DNA of 64,000 bases from Bugula neritina (lineage: Eukaryota > Animalia > Bryozoa). The stretch spans positions 6,768,729 through 6,832,728 of the forward strand of contig OZ037770.1 of the NCBI GenBank assembly GCA_964035545.1, read 5' to 3'. Shown piece by piece: positions 13,301-28,586 of the stretch (position 1 is the first letter of the stretch; each line of letters opens with the position of its first letter). A model generated the notes under the pieces. It made no database searches, was not told the origin of the DNA, and saw only the letters and a list, made by a program, of their open reading frames with translations. The position numbers were made by a program, and so were the translations under genes.

Positions 13301-16300
13301 ATCTGAATAGCTATAGTGCCTGCTCATGTACACCAGGTAACTTGTGTGTAGTGCACTAGCGTAACATTCAGAAAGACTTCCGCTTGTATTTGATATACTT
13401 GTATAAATTTAACATATATTTTACCTAGATACTTTTATTTAATATATTTGCAGGCAAATTGATAATTAGATAAATTTTAGCAAATAAAAAAAAACATTTC
13501 ATATAATAGCCATAGCAACTATATTAGTATCCCTTAGCAACTATTACAATGTTTAACAACTACATCAACTAGTAGCCTAGCAACTGTATTAACTAGTAGC
13601 CTAGCAACTACAATAACTAGTAGCCTAGCAACTGTACTAACTAGTAGCTTAGCAACTGTATTAACTAGTAGCCTAGCAACTGTAGTAACTAGTAGCTTAG
13701 CAACTGTATTAACTAGTAGCCTAGCAACTGTAATAACTAGTAGCCTGGCAGCTGTATTAACTAGTAGCCTAGCAACTGTACTAACTAGCAGCCTAGCAAC
13801 TACAATAACTAGTAGCCTAGCAACTGTATTAACTAGTAGCCTAGCAACTAACCAGGAGAAGTAGAAACTGAAGGTAGAGCCGTAGAACTTTCTGTGGATG
13901 ACTGAATGAAGGTAGTGGTAGACTGCGTGGTAAACTGTGTGGTAGATGTAGATGTTGTAGTTGAGGATGTACTAGAAGTGAAGGCCTCCACCACAATGTT
14001 CTGGCAAACATTGGACCAAATGGAGTTGGATCTGACACACTTCCTTCTATCTAGAGAGCCAAGGAATTGCTGCTCTACAGCCTGGGTTTCTCTTATTTGA
14101 TCAGCACATGGGGTGGTGAGAGTCTGCCCACTTTCTGGTAGGGTCAATGTAGACAGCATGCTATTAGAGATGCAGGTACTGAAATCATTGGCCAGTCTGA
14201 AAACAATCACGCAGATTAATGTTAACTGAAGTAGTGGTTGACTTACAGCAGTTGCATAGTATTAGTAACAGGAGATGCCATTGATATATAAAATATAGCA
14301 AACAAGCTACAAACCTAAATGTTAAATCAGAAATTAGAAATAATAGCTAACTTCCATCTTTTTACTGAACACCACAACTAAAGACTGCAAAATCTGTGTA
14401 ACATGTTTGCATTGTGAAGAAAAATTCAGAACTAAGGTTACATGTGGTCATGCTTCAGAAAGATATTGACAGATATGAGATATCAAATGATGAAACAATG
14501 CAGACGGCAAACTCACCCACAGAATATTGGAGTAGTAGTGAACTGACTCATGCCAAGCCAGCGGTCTCTGGTAGCCATGTTGAAACAGACATTGTCAACT
14601 GCAGTTCTACATATCCCAGATAGCTCACACCTGTGGTCAGGTCAGGTTTATTATACAAGAAATGATGTGTAATATTGAAGACGAACTAAAAACCCCCAGC
14701 AACCCTTTAAATCTGTATTTGAAATTAGTCTAAAATAATGAATAAAATTTAAAGGAAGACTTTAAAAATAAGGTTACGGGAAAATCATCCCTGAACAGAA
14801 AATAGTTGGAGTTATCTTCTACACCAGGGAATTACTCTGTGTGTAGGCTAATTCTTTGATACTGAAAAGGCTATCAACCAAATATTTATATCAATTCATC
14901 TAAGAAATGTGACTAAAACGCATGTATTTCCTGTGAGTGCTATGCAGTGGCTGCAATGTGAAGCTTTCAATAGATTTAGGAGAAAATTAATAAACAGTTA
15001 ACTGAATTTAGTGTGTTGTTTTCTCATTTTTAAATTAGTCAAAGAAATCACCCATAATGCAATGTATAATTGTGAATATATTTTAATATAAAAAAGAGAA
15101 TAACTCTCTTACTTATTATAGTATAATATTGCACATAAATCCTGTCATTTTCATTTTAATTCTTTATTAAATTCAACATATTTCTAAGTATCTTATTCTT
15201 TGCATTTTATCTTAACTATTTTATCTAATATAAAATAAACCCACCTAATAGCATGAGATATTGTAGTCTCCTGGTAGTAAAAAGATTGGGCCGGTGTGCA
15301 CATGCCCGTACAGTCGTATGAGCTCATAGCCCTAACAACACACTCCCTGTAGTCTTCTACTGAGTCGCATGGTATCTGGCCCTCAACATCAATATACTGG
15401 TCTATGCACCCCTTGGCTAACATCATAGGACATTGGGGATTACAGGCTAATTCTTGCACAGTTTTAACCCTGATTTTCTGCCTGTAAAAATAGACATCAT
15501 GTGATATAGTTGGTCAGCCTGTGCACTGTTATATTATAATTTAAAATCTATTCAATTTGAATTTAAAGTCTAAAAGTTGAGCCTTATTTTAAACTTAGTC
15601 ATTTTCAAAGCAAAAAACTCTGTTCTTCTATAAGTATCATAAATATTATGACTGTGAGTGAGTGTGAAAGTCACTGTGACTAATTACTTTAACTAATTAC
15701 TTTAACTGAGAACTCACATGAATCTGTAGGTTTCTGAGCCATCAGTGCACCCATTCAGACAAAACATCAAAGCCTCCAACTCATCACAGTTGATCTTATC
15801 AATATCTTCATAGGTTGATTGGCAGGAAGTACATACGTCTGCAACTCCTCTGATGTCTACAACACAACTTAGTATTAGTACATTATTGGCGTAGCTCATA
15901 ATGAGTTTAGAAAAGCAATCTCCATTACATGCCAATATTAGAATGCATACATTAACAAAGATGTTGTGGCAAGCTTGTTTTCTTGCGTTCCAAATAAAAA
16001 ACAAATAATAAAAACTTAAACTATTAAGTTTAATGGTTACTGCACTTAAATAAAAGCAGAGTACTAGTGTTTCAAAATGTCAACATTATGATTTGCAAAA
16101 AAGACGAGAAAAATTCAAATGAGAAAACATTAGAAATATAAAACACATGCTACTTCCAAAGATCAGACGCCCTACATATAGATTGTAACATTAAAAAAAG
16201 TGCATATAGTATTTCACGGTGACACGACATTTCACAAATGTCAATTCAAAAACACCCATTTCGAAAAAGACAATTCCCAAATTGACAATTCCCAAATTGA

Positions 16301-19300
16301 CAATTAATAAATTGACTTTTAGAAAAAAGACATTTCTAAAAATGACATTTCACAAATGATACGGCCCAGTCGGGTGTGAGCTCGACCGGGTCGAGAATAA
16401 GTTCATATAAACGTGGGCAATCGCAGATTAGGACTGTTTGGTAGCTAACACTACTTCCGTGATAGCCTAACTCATACGGGTTTATGTTTGTTGCTGAAAG
16501 CTTTAAATCTTGTCAAGTTCAAGTTGAAATAATTACTACTTATTTACTTTTACTTTTATACTTGTATTATTGCGTGATGTTACTATGTACATTATATGTT
16601 ATTTAATTTCATTAACCGTATTTCATTTTCTTCTTACTTTTCAGTTTTAACTTATGAAATACGGTTAATAAAATTAAATAACATATAATGTACATAGTAA
16701 CATCACGCAATAATACAAGTATAAAGGTAAAAGTAAATAAGTAGTAATTATTTCAACTTGAACTTGACAAGATTTAAAGCTTTCAGCAACAAATGTAAAC
16801 GCTGTATGAGTTAGGCTACCACGGAAGTAGTGTTAGCTACCAAACAGTCCTAATCTGCAATTGCCCACATTTATATTACTTTATTCTCGACCCGGTAGAG
16901 CTCACACCCCACTGGGCCGTATCAATTGTGAAATGTCATTTTTAGAAATGTCTTTTTTCTAAAAGTCAATTTATTAATTGTCAATTTGGGAATTGTCTTT
17001 TTCGAAATAGGTGTTTTTGAATTGTCATTTGTGAAATGTCGCGGATTCGTATTTCACCGTATGTGTGATTGGCAGGTTGCTCATAAAGATCTCTTGCAGG
17101 AGTCACTTCCACAGAATGTTCAGAAGTAGACGACTCCATTAGTTTATGTCCAGTGGAACATGCTGTATTCCACTCAGCTGACGGATCTGAACATCTTAGT
17201 TTTACAATTTCCTGTTTCAGTTGTTGAACTGCACCATTTACACTCCTGCAAACGGTGCAAGAAATAATTCAATATCATCTAGCTAATTCTTAAGAAACTC
17301 TTAGTACTGCATGGTAATGCTTGATAGATGATGAACCTTTTCAATCAACTTTTTATGAAATATTTTATTCACTTTCAAATAGGTAGTGAACAAGATATAA
17401 TACTCCTTGGCCACAGTACTCAGTATATGTGCCATCTGAAGCACCCAGACCGACACACAGACAGACACACAGACAGGCGGAAAAACAGACACACAGACAG
17501 GCGAACAGACACCCAGACAGACAGACACACAGACACAGATGAAAAAAGAGACAGACAGACACACTTACTGTAGAGAAGTGTCACATGGACTGAGTATAGA
17601 ATCCTGTGATCCAGGAAGAGCTACTGATCCATACACAGTGTTGTTCAAACAGCTGACCACCTCTTCCAGAGTACTGCAAACGATACAGAAAAAAGGCTGA
17701 ACACAAGTCCAATATATCATTAGCAGAGGGCAACGGCTGGACTTGCTAACAGTTCTTAAGTGAAAATGGAATAAATGAGTGAGAATGAAGAGTGTCGACC
17801 AGCAACAACAATTACTAAATTATCTTGGGTTAACTCACCAATAAAAAGACTATTAATAGACAAGAGATTGATAGTAGACGAATGATAGACTGCTCTTATA
17901 CTGATAATAGACTGTTATTAGAATGACTATAGAATGCTAGTAGAATGATTGTAGATTGTATATTCATAGTAGATCGATAGTACACTTATTATAGATTGAT
18001 AGTAGACTGAATATAGACCGTTAGTAGACTGAATATAGACTGTTAGCAGATAGACGTATACCTGCACACATCCTGAACTGAAGTAGCAGGTTGCAGAAGA
18101 ACGAAACCTGTTGATGGTGTCAAATCCTTGCTGACACCTGCAAAGCACTTCTTTACTGAAGTATGACACATGCCAGTAGATGGAAGACTGCAAAGCACTT
18201 GTTTCTGTCAAGTAGAATGAAATGCATGTTATAATACAGATAACTAAAAAATACTTCACAAACCTATAGTGATGTTAGAAGCTTGAGGTTTACGCAGCTG
18301 TATTTATGTTCAGACATGTCCGCAGTTAATTCTAAGATATAGCAGAATCCGTAACTAATGTCAGAAATATTTATACAAATATTCAGCAAACTAATAGCAC
18401 CTGAGAATTAAAGCTTTGCTTTTTTGCAGACTCAAACCTTACAGGGCACATAAGGAAGGTTGCCTAGCCCCCCCCCCCCAACTTCAAAAGCAAATGAAAG
18501 TTGCTAGAGGCCAGTCTATTCAGAACCAAGTAGATTAGGATAAGTATTATTCAGCTCAAACACAAGATAAGCTCCGGGATAAAGCAAGTCACCTACTTCC
18601 AAAGTGTTGATGAATTTGCTTCTTAATGCAGGTGTACACAATCCACCGCAGCCTTCTGAAGCCTCCTCCACACATGTCTTCCAGCTGAAACAACATACAC
18701 AGAGGTTAGGAAGGATCTAGAATATCTGGTATATGACACTCTAGAAGCATCACTTAGTCACTGGGTCTAAGAACTTGTAAAGTTATAGACACACAACAGC
18801 CCAATGCAAGGCTGAAATCTCTTACCTCGGGAATCCAATAGAGCAGTCCTCTGCATTGTTTCTGCTGTCACAGTCTTCAATGTCAGCCATCTTGAAATCA
18901 GTGACACATTCTATAAACAGACAGAAACTCAATTAACTGGATATATTTACAAACTTGATGCAATAAAACAGCCATGTAAAAAAGAACACAAAAATATTTG
19001 ATTTTATTAAACTTCCTAATTCTCTGTGAAGAATTCAGAATCACCATAGTATACACAAGGAAGTGCCCTATTACTAACAATATACAAGTGCTGCGATGTA
19101 GAAAAGGATGAATAAAAAGCAGAGTAAAGGATTTTACCTTCGATAGGTGATGATGGGATAAGGGAAGGCAACTCTGGGACCACAACAGGGGGCGTGTCTC
19201 CAGCTAACAAACTGTCACAAGCATCAGAAAATTCAGCACTTGGATTCGAGCAGACAACTCCTTCTGTCATGGACCAGTTGGATACAAGCTGCAGGGTGGC

Positions 19301-21546
19301 ATCTATCACACTGTAATGTATGTGTTTACCTTGTACTTACTCTACTGTATACTGTACTTACTCTACTGTACACTGTACTTACTCTACTGTATACTGTACT
19401 TACTCTACTGTATACTGTACTTACTCTACTGTATACTGTACTTACTCTACTGTATACTGTACTTACTCTACTGTATACTGTACTTACTCTACTGTATACT
19501 GTACTTACTCTACTGTATACTATCTACTTTACCGACACACTTACTGTGACTGCCGAGCACACGGAGATCTAATCTGTAAGTCAACAGCAGTGAAAGTCAC
19601 ATTCTCAGATTTGCCGTCTTCTAGACACTTTCGGAAATTATTCATCATCCTGCAGAATAAGATACATGCAGTGAGATATACTTTTATTATTATTATATTT
19701 TATTATTTCATCATGCTACTTATTATGATATAATACATACAGGAGTTATAGTAAATCAACATAAAATAACTCTAATGTATTGGCATAGCATTGCATAATG
19801 TATTTAATGTAGTAGAAAACAAAGTAAATATATAGAAATGATATATTGTAAGATGATATGGAGGTGTGGGAATCTACAGAGTAATGCATGAAGCTAATAT
19901 ACCTGCAGGGAGAACAACAATATACAGCAGTGCAGCTATATTGCTCGGAATAAAACATTTATTGCTTATCACAGAACATATCTCTGATACAGAAAACCCA
20001 AATCAGCACAAGTATTGTTTCATACAGAGAAGCAAGTGGCAATGAGCGGATGCGGAACAAGAATAATATTTTAAACTCGGGTTCAGGCAGAATTGTAAGA
20101 AAACTCACTGGCACATCTCTGTAACTGTTCCTTCTGTGTCTATGTTTATAATCTTAGTAAAGGTTCTGTCCCCAAACAGACCTACAGAGTGCAGAGAACT
20201 CAGGTTATATACATCACAGAAACACGCGCAATAATATAATAATGTAGAATATCATAATACAGTAACGTATAACTTAGCATACAGTATTATACTGCAGTAT
20301 TACATTACAGTAACGTATAACACAGTATAAAGTATCATAATACAGTATTACACTATAGTAATACAGTATTATAATACAGTAACGTATAACACAGTATACA
20401 GTATTATACTACAGTATTATATTACAGTAACGTATAACTTAGTATACAGTATTATACTACAGTATTACATTACAGTAACGTATAACATGGTATACAGTAT
20501 TATACTACAGTATTACATTACAGTAACGTATAACACAGTATAAAGTATCATAATACAGTATTACACTATAGTAATACAGTATTATAATACAGTAACGTAT
20601 AACACAGTATACAGTATTATACTACAGTATTACATCACAGTAACGTATAACTTAGTATACAGTATTATACTACAGTATTACACTATAGTAATACAGTATT
20701 ATAATACAGTAACGTATAACACAGTATACAGTATTATACTACAGTATTACATTACAGTAACATATAACACAGTATAGAGTATTACACCATAGTAATACTC
20801 ACCCAGCAAACACTCATTAGCCACATACTCCCAGCAGAAGTCTCCAGAAGTTCTGTCCAGGTGACACACTATGAAACCCTCCACGTATGTAGCAAAGGCT
20901 CTACGCCTATTGGCTGAACACAGAGAGGGGCATTGAGAAAACACCCCTTCCTCTGCCAGACAGTCGGTCCATCTAAAAGTAATCATATACACAATTGATA
21001 TTAATCTGACTCAACTGTACATAGCTATCTTTACCAGAACCGCGCTCTAATTTGAAACATAGTTATTGTATTTTTAACCAATAGAATTCGCTTCAGAATT
21101 TATTCTATCATAGCTTTTAATAGAACACAATATATGCAGTTTAAGATAAAATCCCATACAACATATAAAAATAAAATAATATTTTGTGCATTACCTGTCG
21201 AAGTTATCCCCACATAGATGTGGCTGTAGGACAGAGCAGTTTCCAATACTAACAATGTCATTTGGACAAGCTAAAACATCGTATATATTCTATATATATA
21301 TATATATATGTGCTATGACTATGTTATATGCCATATATATGCTGTATAAATATGCTGTATAAATATGCTATAAATATGTTATATTGCTCTCATTTAATGC
21401 TCAGCAATGACATTAAATGATTGAGCTCTCTCACCATGGTCACAAACTCAAGCTGCTAGCATTTTGCAAGGCTCGTGACTCCTAGGTGACCCCTAGAGTC
21501 ACTTGAGCTCACTTGAGCTCCGAAACAGCTGCTGTCCACAGATTGA

Positions 21547-21645
<99 letters not shown>

Positions 21646-23710
21646 CCTTAGTCTCAAATATTTAATCACTAAATACGAATCAATTCTTGATAAAAACTGG
21701 AAACTTAAAAATGTTAAAAGCAGCTAAAAAGTTTTAATATGGCTTTTTGACAAATTAATTTACAAAATCTCATCAAGTTTCACCAAAAATTAAAAAGAAA
21801 GTTATATTTGTCTTGTGAACCAACTATTTGTATTTACTACATGGTCAGATAAACGAAATGACTAAAATATAATTTATATTAACATCCTTTAACAAATCAT
21901 TCATTCAAACTTGATGTAGCCCTAGAGATACTTGATGTAGCCCTAGAGTGCAGCTTATTATTTGAACTAATAGTTGCTTACCATCGGCTTCAGAAATCTT
22001 TGGAGTGTCTACAACCAATCACAACAAAGATTACAAAAATTATTCAAAAAAACTAACCAATTGAGTTCAAAATTATAGACAGTGACACTAATAAAGAAAA
22101 GTTAGGTTTAAATAAGTGTAATGTTGGCATTTGGGTACTGCTGAATCCGCTATACCTAATAGTAAACATCTACATTATGATCAGATGAGCAGAGAACAGA
22201 GAAATTTAGTCGATCCCTCAATCAGACTGTGACTATAACACTTACCTATGACAATGTCGGAGCCTGGACATGTCTGTTGCCATGTAGAAGCAGGTGATTG
22301 ACAGGTGGATGTAGTGAGGTTAGAAGTGAGTTGAATGAGAGAACGCATGTAGTCCACATAGCTGGCACAGGGCCGGGTGAGTTCTCTACTGAAGTAGGGC
22401 ACCTGATGGTATGTGGCGTTATAGAAACAGTCCTTCATCTGCTCCACCTTCCTACAGACACATACACAGATGTAGTGCAGGCATGACATGCAAACATGCA
22501 TATTTAATAACAACATTGTAGATCACTTCTCATAGAATAGGAGTGATAATGACAGGGAGCAGCCGTGGTCTGGGGGTTAGAGAGTTTGCCTAGTAAACAC
22601 GAGGTCGAGGTCGGACAAAGGTCATTGGTGATGTTAAGAAGAGCATTCAGTTATATTTGCTCCTGTGCCTCATCTGAATAAGCTCTTAGCCTGACTCAAA
22701 AAAGCTTTTTATATGAGGTTTTCCTACAGGAATAGCGACTATAAACTGGTGTGAGTTAAGAGGTGAGATGGCGTGTAAGTATAATATATATAGTAAAGGC
22801 AAGGTACACCACATGAGGCAGTGACCTTGGAGAGGTGCTGACAGAACTGGCCTGTACTACTTTGATGTCTAGAGAAATGCACATTACCTACCCACACCAT
22901 GACTGTAAAGATTCCTTTGGCTGAGTGAAGAGGTCAAACACAAAGTCCTGAGAAGAAACTACAAGCGAACATTAATATATTTACATAGTTACATGCATAT
23001 ATATATTTGTGTGAGTACATCCATACATGCAGTCGTATGAGTACATGCATACATACGGTACAGTACATTACATACATGTTTACTTACGGTACATACGTGA
23101 CTACATACATGCTTACTTACGGTACATACATAAGTCTAGGAATAACAAATCTAGAACTAAATCTCTTCAAGAAGCCATTTATGATACAGGGTAGTAGAAG
23201 TTTATGATACAGGGTAGTAGAAGTTTATGATACAGGGTAGTAGAAGTTTATGATCAACTTCTTAATGATCAGGTGTTAATTTCAAATATTAAGAAATGCA
23301 GGGCAGGTGAACAATTGTGAGTGTAACATTACACAATGACGTCTACTCACCCCACAACTCACTCATACAGCTCCACTGTATCGTCTCCATGCAGAAGTCA
23401 GGCTGCTGTCCAGGTACATTGCAGTGAATGCTGGATGTCAAGGTTGTTATAGCATTAGCTCTCTCAGTTTCGCTACACAGTCCATTACAGCTAGTATCTG
23501 CTGCATGCATAGAGGTACACTCTCCCCATCTAGAACACAGAACTTAGGCTATGCACACAAGATTAGGCTATGTTAATATTCACACCATTGAAACATGCTA
23601 ATACAGCACACACACACACACATATATATAAAATACACTATTGAACTGAGCTAACAGCAGAAAATGCAAATGGATGCACACTCAGCAGCTATACACTACA
23701 TGATACTATA

Positions 23711-23788
<78 letters not shown>

Positions 23789-26700
23789 TATAATTTTTTT
23801 ATCCTAGTGTCTAATTTGCTGGAACAGCTGTGGCCTAGTGCCATTTAGAGGTTCTCACAGAGATAGAGTGTATAAAGAGATATGAGATGAGAACTACAAT
23901 ATAACTTAAGAGTGTAAATAACAAATAAAATATTTTCTACTCACTCTTCTCTCTGAGCACAGTTGAATGGGTTGAGATTTCTACATGGGTTAGCACAAGA
24001 TTTGTCAGCAGAATACAGCACGCATTCTATAAATACATATTAGATAGTCTATAAATACATATTAGATAGTCTATAAATACACATTATATAAATCTACATA
24101 CACATTATACAAATCTACATACACATTATACAAATCTACATACACATTATACAAATCTACATACAAATTATATAAATATAAAGCTTAGATAATTTATAAA
24201 TGTACACACCTTCTCCAGGCTCTAAAACATTCAACATATCACAGGTAGCATCTGCAGTGCCGTTGAAATTGCTCGCTTCACATATACTTTGATAAGTCGC
24301 ACCAGAATCTTGACCTCTTCGCTTACCATCTATTTGGTTTACACAGTCGTCATGGTGATACATTGACCTCCAATTTTCACCTATCTTTCTGATGGCCTCT
24401 GTAAGTAAAAACTACACTCAATAATGGACTGTATGATATGGTGTTTTCACAATAGAGAAATGTGTGTCATATGAAGAGTAGAGGAAAGTTGGAGTAGCCC
24501 TCTTACCCCGTTCTCTTTGAGTAGTGCATAGATCACTAATAGTTTTGTTATCTTCAAACTCATTGGTTAATCCATCGAGACAATCTGAGCCAGCAACAAA
24601 ATACCTGAAATATTTCACAGAAAAATCAGTTGTCTGCTTACAGGGCAGCTTGCGTTATGAATAAAATATAATACACTCATCAGAGGTGTCAGTCACTGAG
24701 TTGGCACTCATCAGAGGTGTCAGTCACTGAGTTGGCAGTCAACAGAGGTGTCAGTCACTGAGTTGACAGTCAACAGAGGTGTCAGTCACTGAGTTGACAG
24801 TCAACAGAGGTGTCAGTCACTGAGTTGGCACTCATCAGAGGTGTCAGTCACTGAGTTGATGATCAGCAAAGGTGTCAGTCATCAGAGGTGTCTGAGTTAT
24901 TCTGAGACTTAGTCAGTTAAACTATCCAAGATACCAAATTATTTTGCGGAAAGTGTTTCCTATTATAATTTCATCAAATTTGTTGAGAAAATACTTGCTT
25001 GCATATACTGAGGACTGAATATAGAACAATGGAGCTTTATATTACAAAGGTATAAAATGTGACATGTGAAACATTCACTTCTGTTTTGCAATAAAAATAG
25101 TATTTGGCAGAGGAGAGCCAATGAAAGTCATTCAATGAATGCTTACAGTTCATACATTGTTCAAGCCTTTACATTTACAGTAATAACTATAAGTTAACAT
25201 GAACACAAGTAAGCATTGTTACAAGTAAGTATTGTTACAAGTAAGTAGTGCTAAAAGTAAGTACTGTGCAGCTATTGACTTACTCGCATGAGTTTTCCGA
25301 AGAAATGTCAGTTGTGAGGAACTTTTCAAAGTTCATATCCGTTTTGGAGTATTTGATGTTCAGACATTGATTCACTGCGGAGATGCATTCTCTGCTCTCC
25401 ACTGAAAATGGAAACATAATCATCTGTTGAAATAAATACAAGGAGTAGAACTAAAGTTTACAAGAGAACACAATTACTAGTAGCAGTGTAGATACATAAG
25501 AAAAAGAGCACAACTCCTAGCTGGAAATTTACATATGTAGTAGACAACTTACAATCATATAAGAATGGCGCTTACCTTCACGACTCACAGTACAGACGAC
25601 CTCTCTGGCCAGTTTGTAAGTGTTGACTCGCCTCTGAGCTAAGTTGCAGGCGCCATTACACTGGTAGTCAGCAGTTCCTTCTTCATAACATGTCAGCCAT
25701 CTTGGAAATTCAACATGATGCAGTTAACAATACCAAAACTCTGAGGACAAAGCACTAGTTTGTTGACATTCTTGACCAATGTTATTCAAAGAACATATTA
25801 ATGCTGGTTTACTATTGACTGGACAGACCCAAAACAAGTTACTAGTATACTTCACGTTTTTGATGCCGGACAACTCACCTCTCATATTCACCTTCCTTGC
25901 ACCAGTCGGATGTGGTGAGATAACTCTCACATAGCCACAGGTCCAGGTGTCTGCAAGCTGTAAGTAAAAACAGATTAGATTGTAGTCTATCAATTCATGA
26001 ATGAGTTGGACGTAAGACACTGCAGCCTTGATAAGTCAAACATAGCCTAAAGTCAAACCTACTTGAGTCACAGGTGAGCACAAGCTGAGACTGGAGAGCC
26101 CGGTATATCGGACTGGAGTAGTTACCACTCGGCTGTCCGGCAACAGAGCAGTTCTTGTAGCAGTTGGCGGCAGCAGTGTAGTTCCTATAAAAGTGTCAGC
26201 AACTTGGACCACTCAGGTACACCATCTGAACACATGTTAATGTCAACTCATAGCGACATTATTCTATGATGTGATAAATAGCTTCAGGACCTACCTGCAT
26301 CCTATGTCTCCAAACTCTTTTAGGTTGAAGTTAGGATGTTCGTGTAGAGAGGCTATTTGCATGTGATATGTTGCTGATTCATCACAATATTCGCAAGCTA
26401 TAACACAATATTAATACAATATATCATACAGTAATACGATATATAATACAGTAATACGATATATAATACAGTAATACGATATATCATACAGTAATGTGGT
26501 ACATCATACAGTAATACAATATATCACACAGTAATACGACTTATCATACAGTAATACGATATATCATACAGTAATATGATAAAGGATAGACGACTCACTT
26601 CCTCTTGCTGCGGTGACCTCTACCAGAGTAGCAACTTGACCTTGACCTGAAGTTGTTGTAGTCATATCAGCAAAAGTGGAAGTAGTTGAAGGAGTTGTAG

Positions 26701-28531
26701 TAGTTGTGGTTGTGGATGTGCTAGACGTGGTGCTAGTTGTGGTGGTTGAACTGGTGAAATCTGTAGAAAGACAGAATATATGATGTAGCATACAGGTATA
26801 AGGTGTAACATACAGATATATGATGTAACATACAGGTATAAGGTGTAACATACAGGTATAAGGTGCGACATACAGGTATAAGATGTGACATACAGGTATA
26901 AGGTGTAACATACAGGTATAAGGTGCGACATACAGGTATAAGATGTGACATACAGATATATGATGTAACATACAGGTATAAGGTGCAACATACAGGTATA
27001 AGGTGTAACATACAGGTATAAGGTGTGACATACAGGCATAAGGTGTGACATACAGGTATAAGGTGAGACATACAGGTATAAGGTGAGACATGAAACAGTG
27101 TAACCAACCTTGACCAAAGCAGATGTCCTCGATGTCTACAGTACTGTTGCAGTAGCCATTGTAAGCTGTATTCATCATTAGCCTCAATCTCTCAAGGTCA
27201 CTTTCTCTGTGGCAGGAAGAGCCGGCGTCCTTATAGACTGTGAAACAGTCTTCAGCCTCGGAATACAACCTAAAAGATGATATATTTTTCTAGAATTTAT
27301 GAAAATTAAATCAGCAGGCGAATCTCTAATATTTACTAATTTCACAGTGAACAGCTCAAAAACAAGTCCAGGCATGTAAATTGTAACAGATAAGCTGGAA
27401 TCATGGGTATCCTTTTGTCAACAGCCTCTGGATAAAGCAGAGGCAGTTGAAGTAGCCTTGGAAAAATTTGATGAAATAGAATACTTGTCTCTCCAGAATG
27501 AAATATCAGTCTAATTTAAACTACGTAAGTTACTTACTGGCACCGGAATTCCTTAGAGAGACCTGCGCCATTGTAGAAGAACTCCCAGGCCATGACGTAT
27601 GAGATACTGCTGCCAATTGAGCTTCGGTGAGACAGCACGTCTTTCAGACAAGTTTTCACTTCCTCTAGACAAGCCGAGCTGGCGTCTGCGCAGTCAATCT
27701 ACAAACAGGAAATCAGGTCAACACGGCAGCCAGCACTAGGTAGCGATTTACGAGTTACTCTTCCCCTCTCACTAAGTGACGTTATAGGGGCACTCTCTGA
27801 TACCATCACAACTTGGCAATACTATATAGATTCTAGAACCACCACTTTTTGTATCTGTCAATCAGTATATCACAATTCTTCAACCAATTAATATGTTATA
27901 ATGAGTATAATATAGCATAGAGCTGTGGGTTCTACAGAGGCTATGTGTAGAAAGAGGATTATCCTGATTACGATATCAACAACCAAGTCAAATTCACTAA
28001 TCTACAGCTAATCCTCACATAAATCAACATGTGTTGCGAGAGTTGTTGGTACGAATAGGTTATTGTAGGCCATCACCAGTACACCGACTTGCATAAATCA
28101 CCAGGATACGTGCTTGTATTAGGCAGAGAATTAATTGATGGTGACAGAGATGTACCGATTATACAAATAATATAAGCTAGAAGTGCAACAGTTTGTCTAG
28201 ATCTATATTCATTTTCTGAGTTTAAGATAAGATTTCCAGGAAGTTTCATAGTAGTAGTGCGACAGCTTTCACAACCCAGTAAACATAAGAGATGATCTCA
28301 CTAACATCTAGGGAAGATTATATTTAATATTCTATGTTGAGATAAAAACATAAATAGTTGTTATTAAACATATTGAGCCAATGAATTATGATCTTACAGT
28401 TTGAAGTTTGTAACATCAAACTTCATTGGCTAAAATAATTTAGAGCTGCTACTGGTTACAGCAACTAAATTGAATTTGGCAAACAACAACTTTTGCTAAT
28501 ACTCCTCAAAAGCTCTACATTAATAAAATTC

Positions 28532-28586
<55 letters not shown>

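Noticed and set aside
17927-18259. ORF with an apparent signal peptide ([12 protein letters not shown]...)
   Set aside because: The overlapping real exon (~18061-18206) reads in another frame ([21 protein letters not shown]...) that fits the repeat pattern and the neighbouring exon phases.
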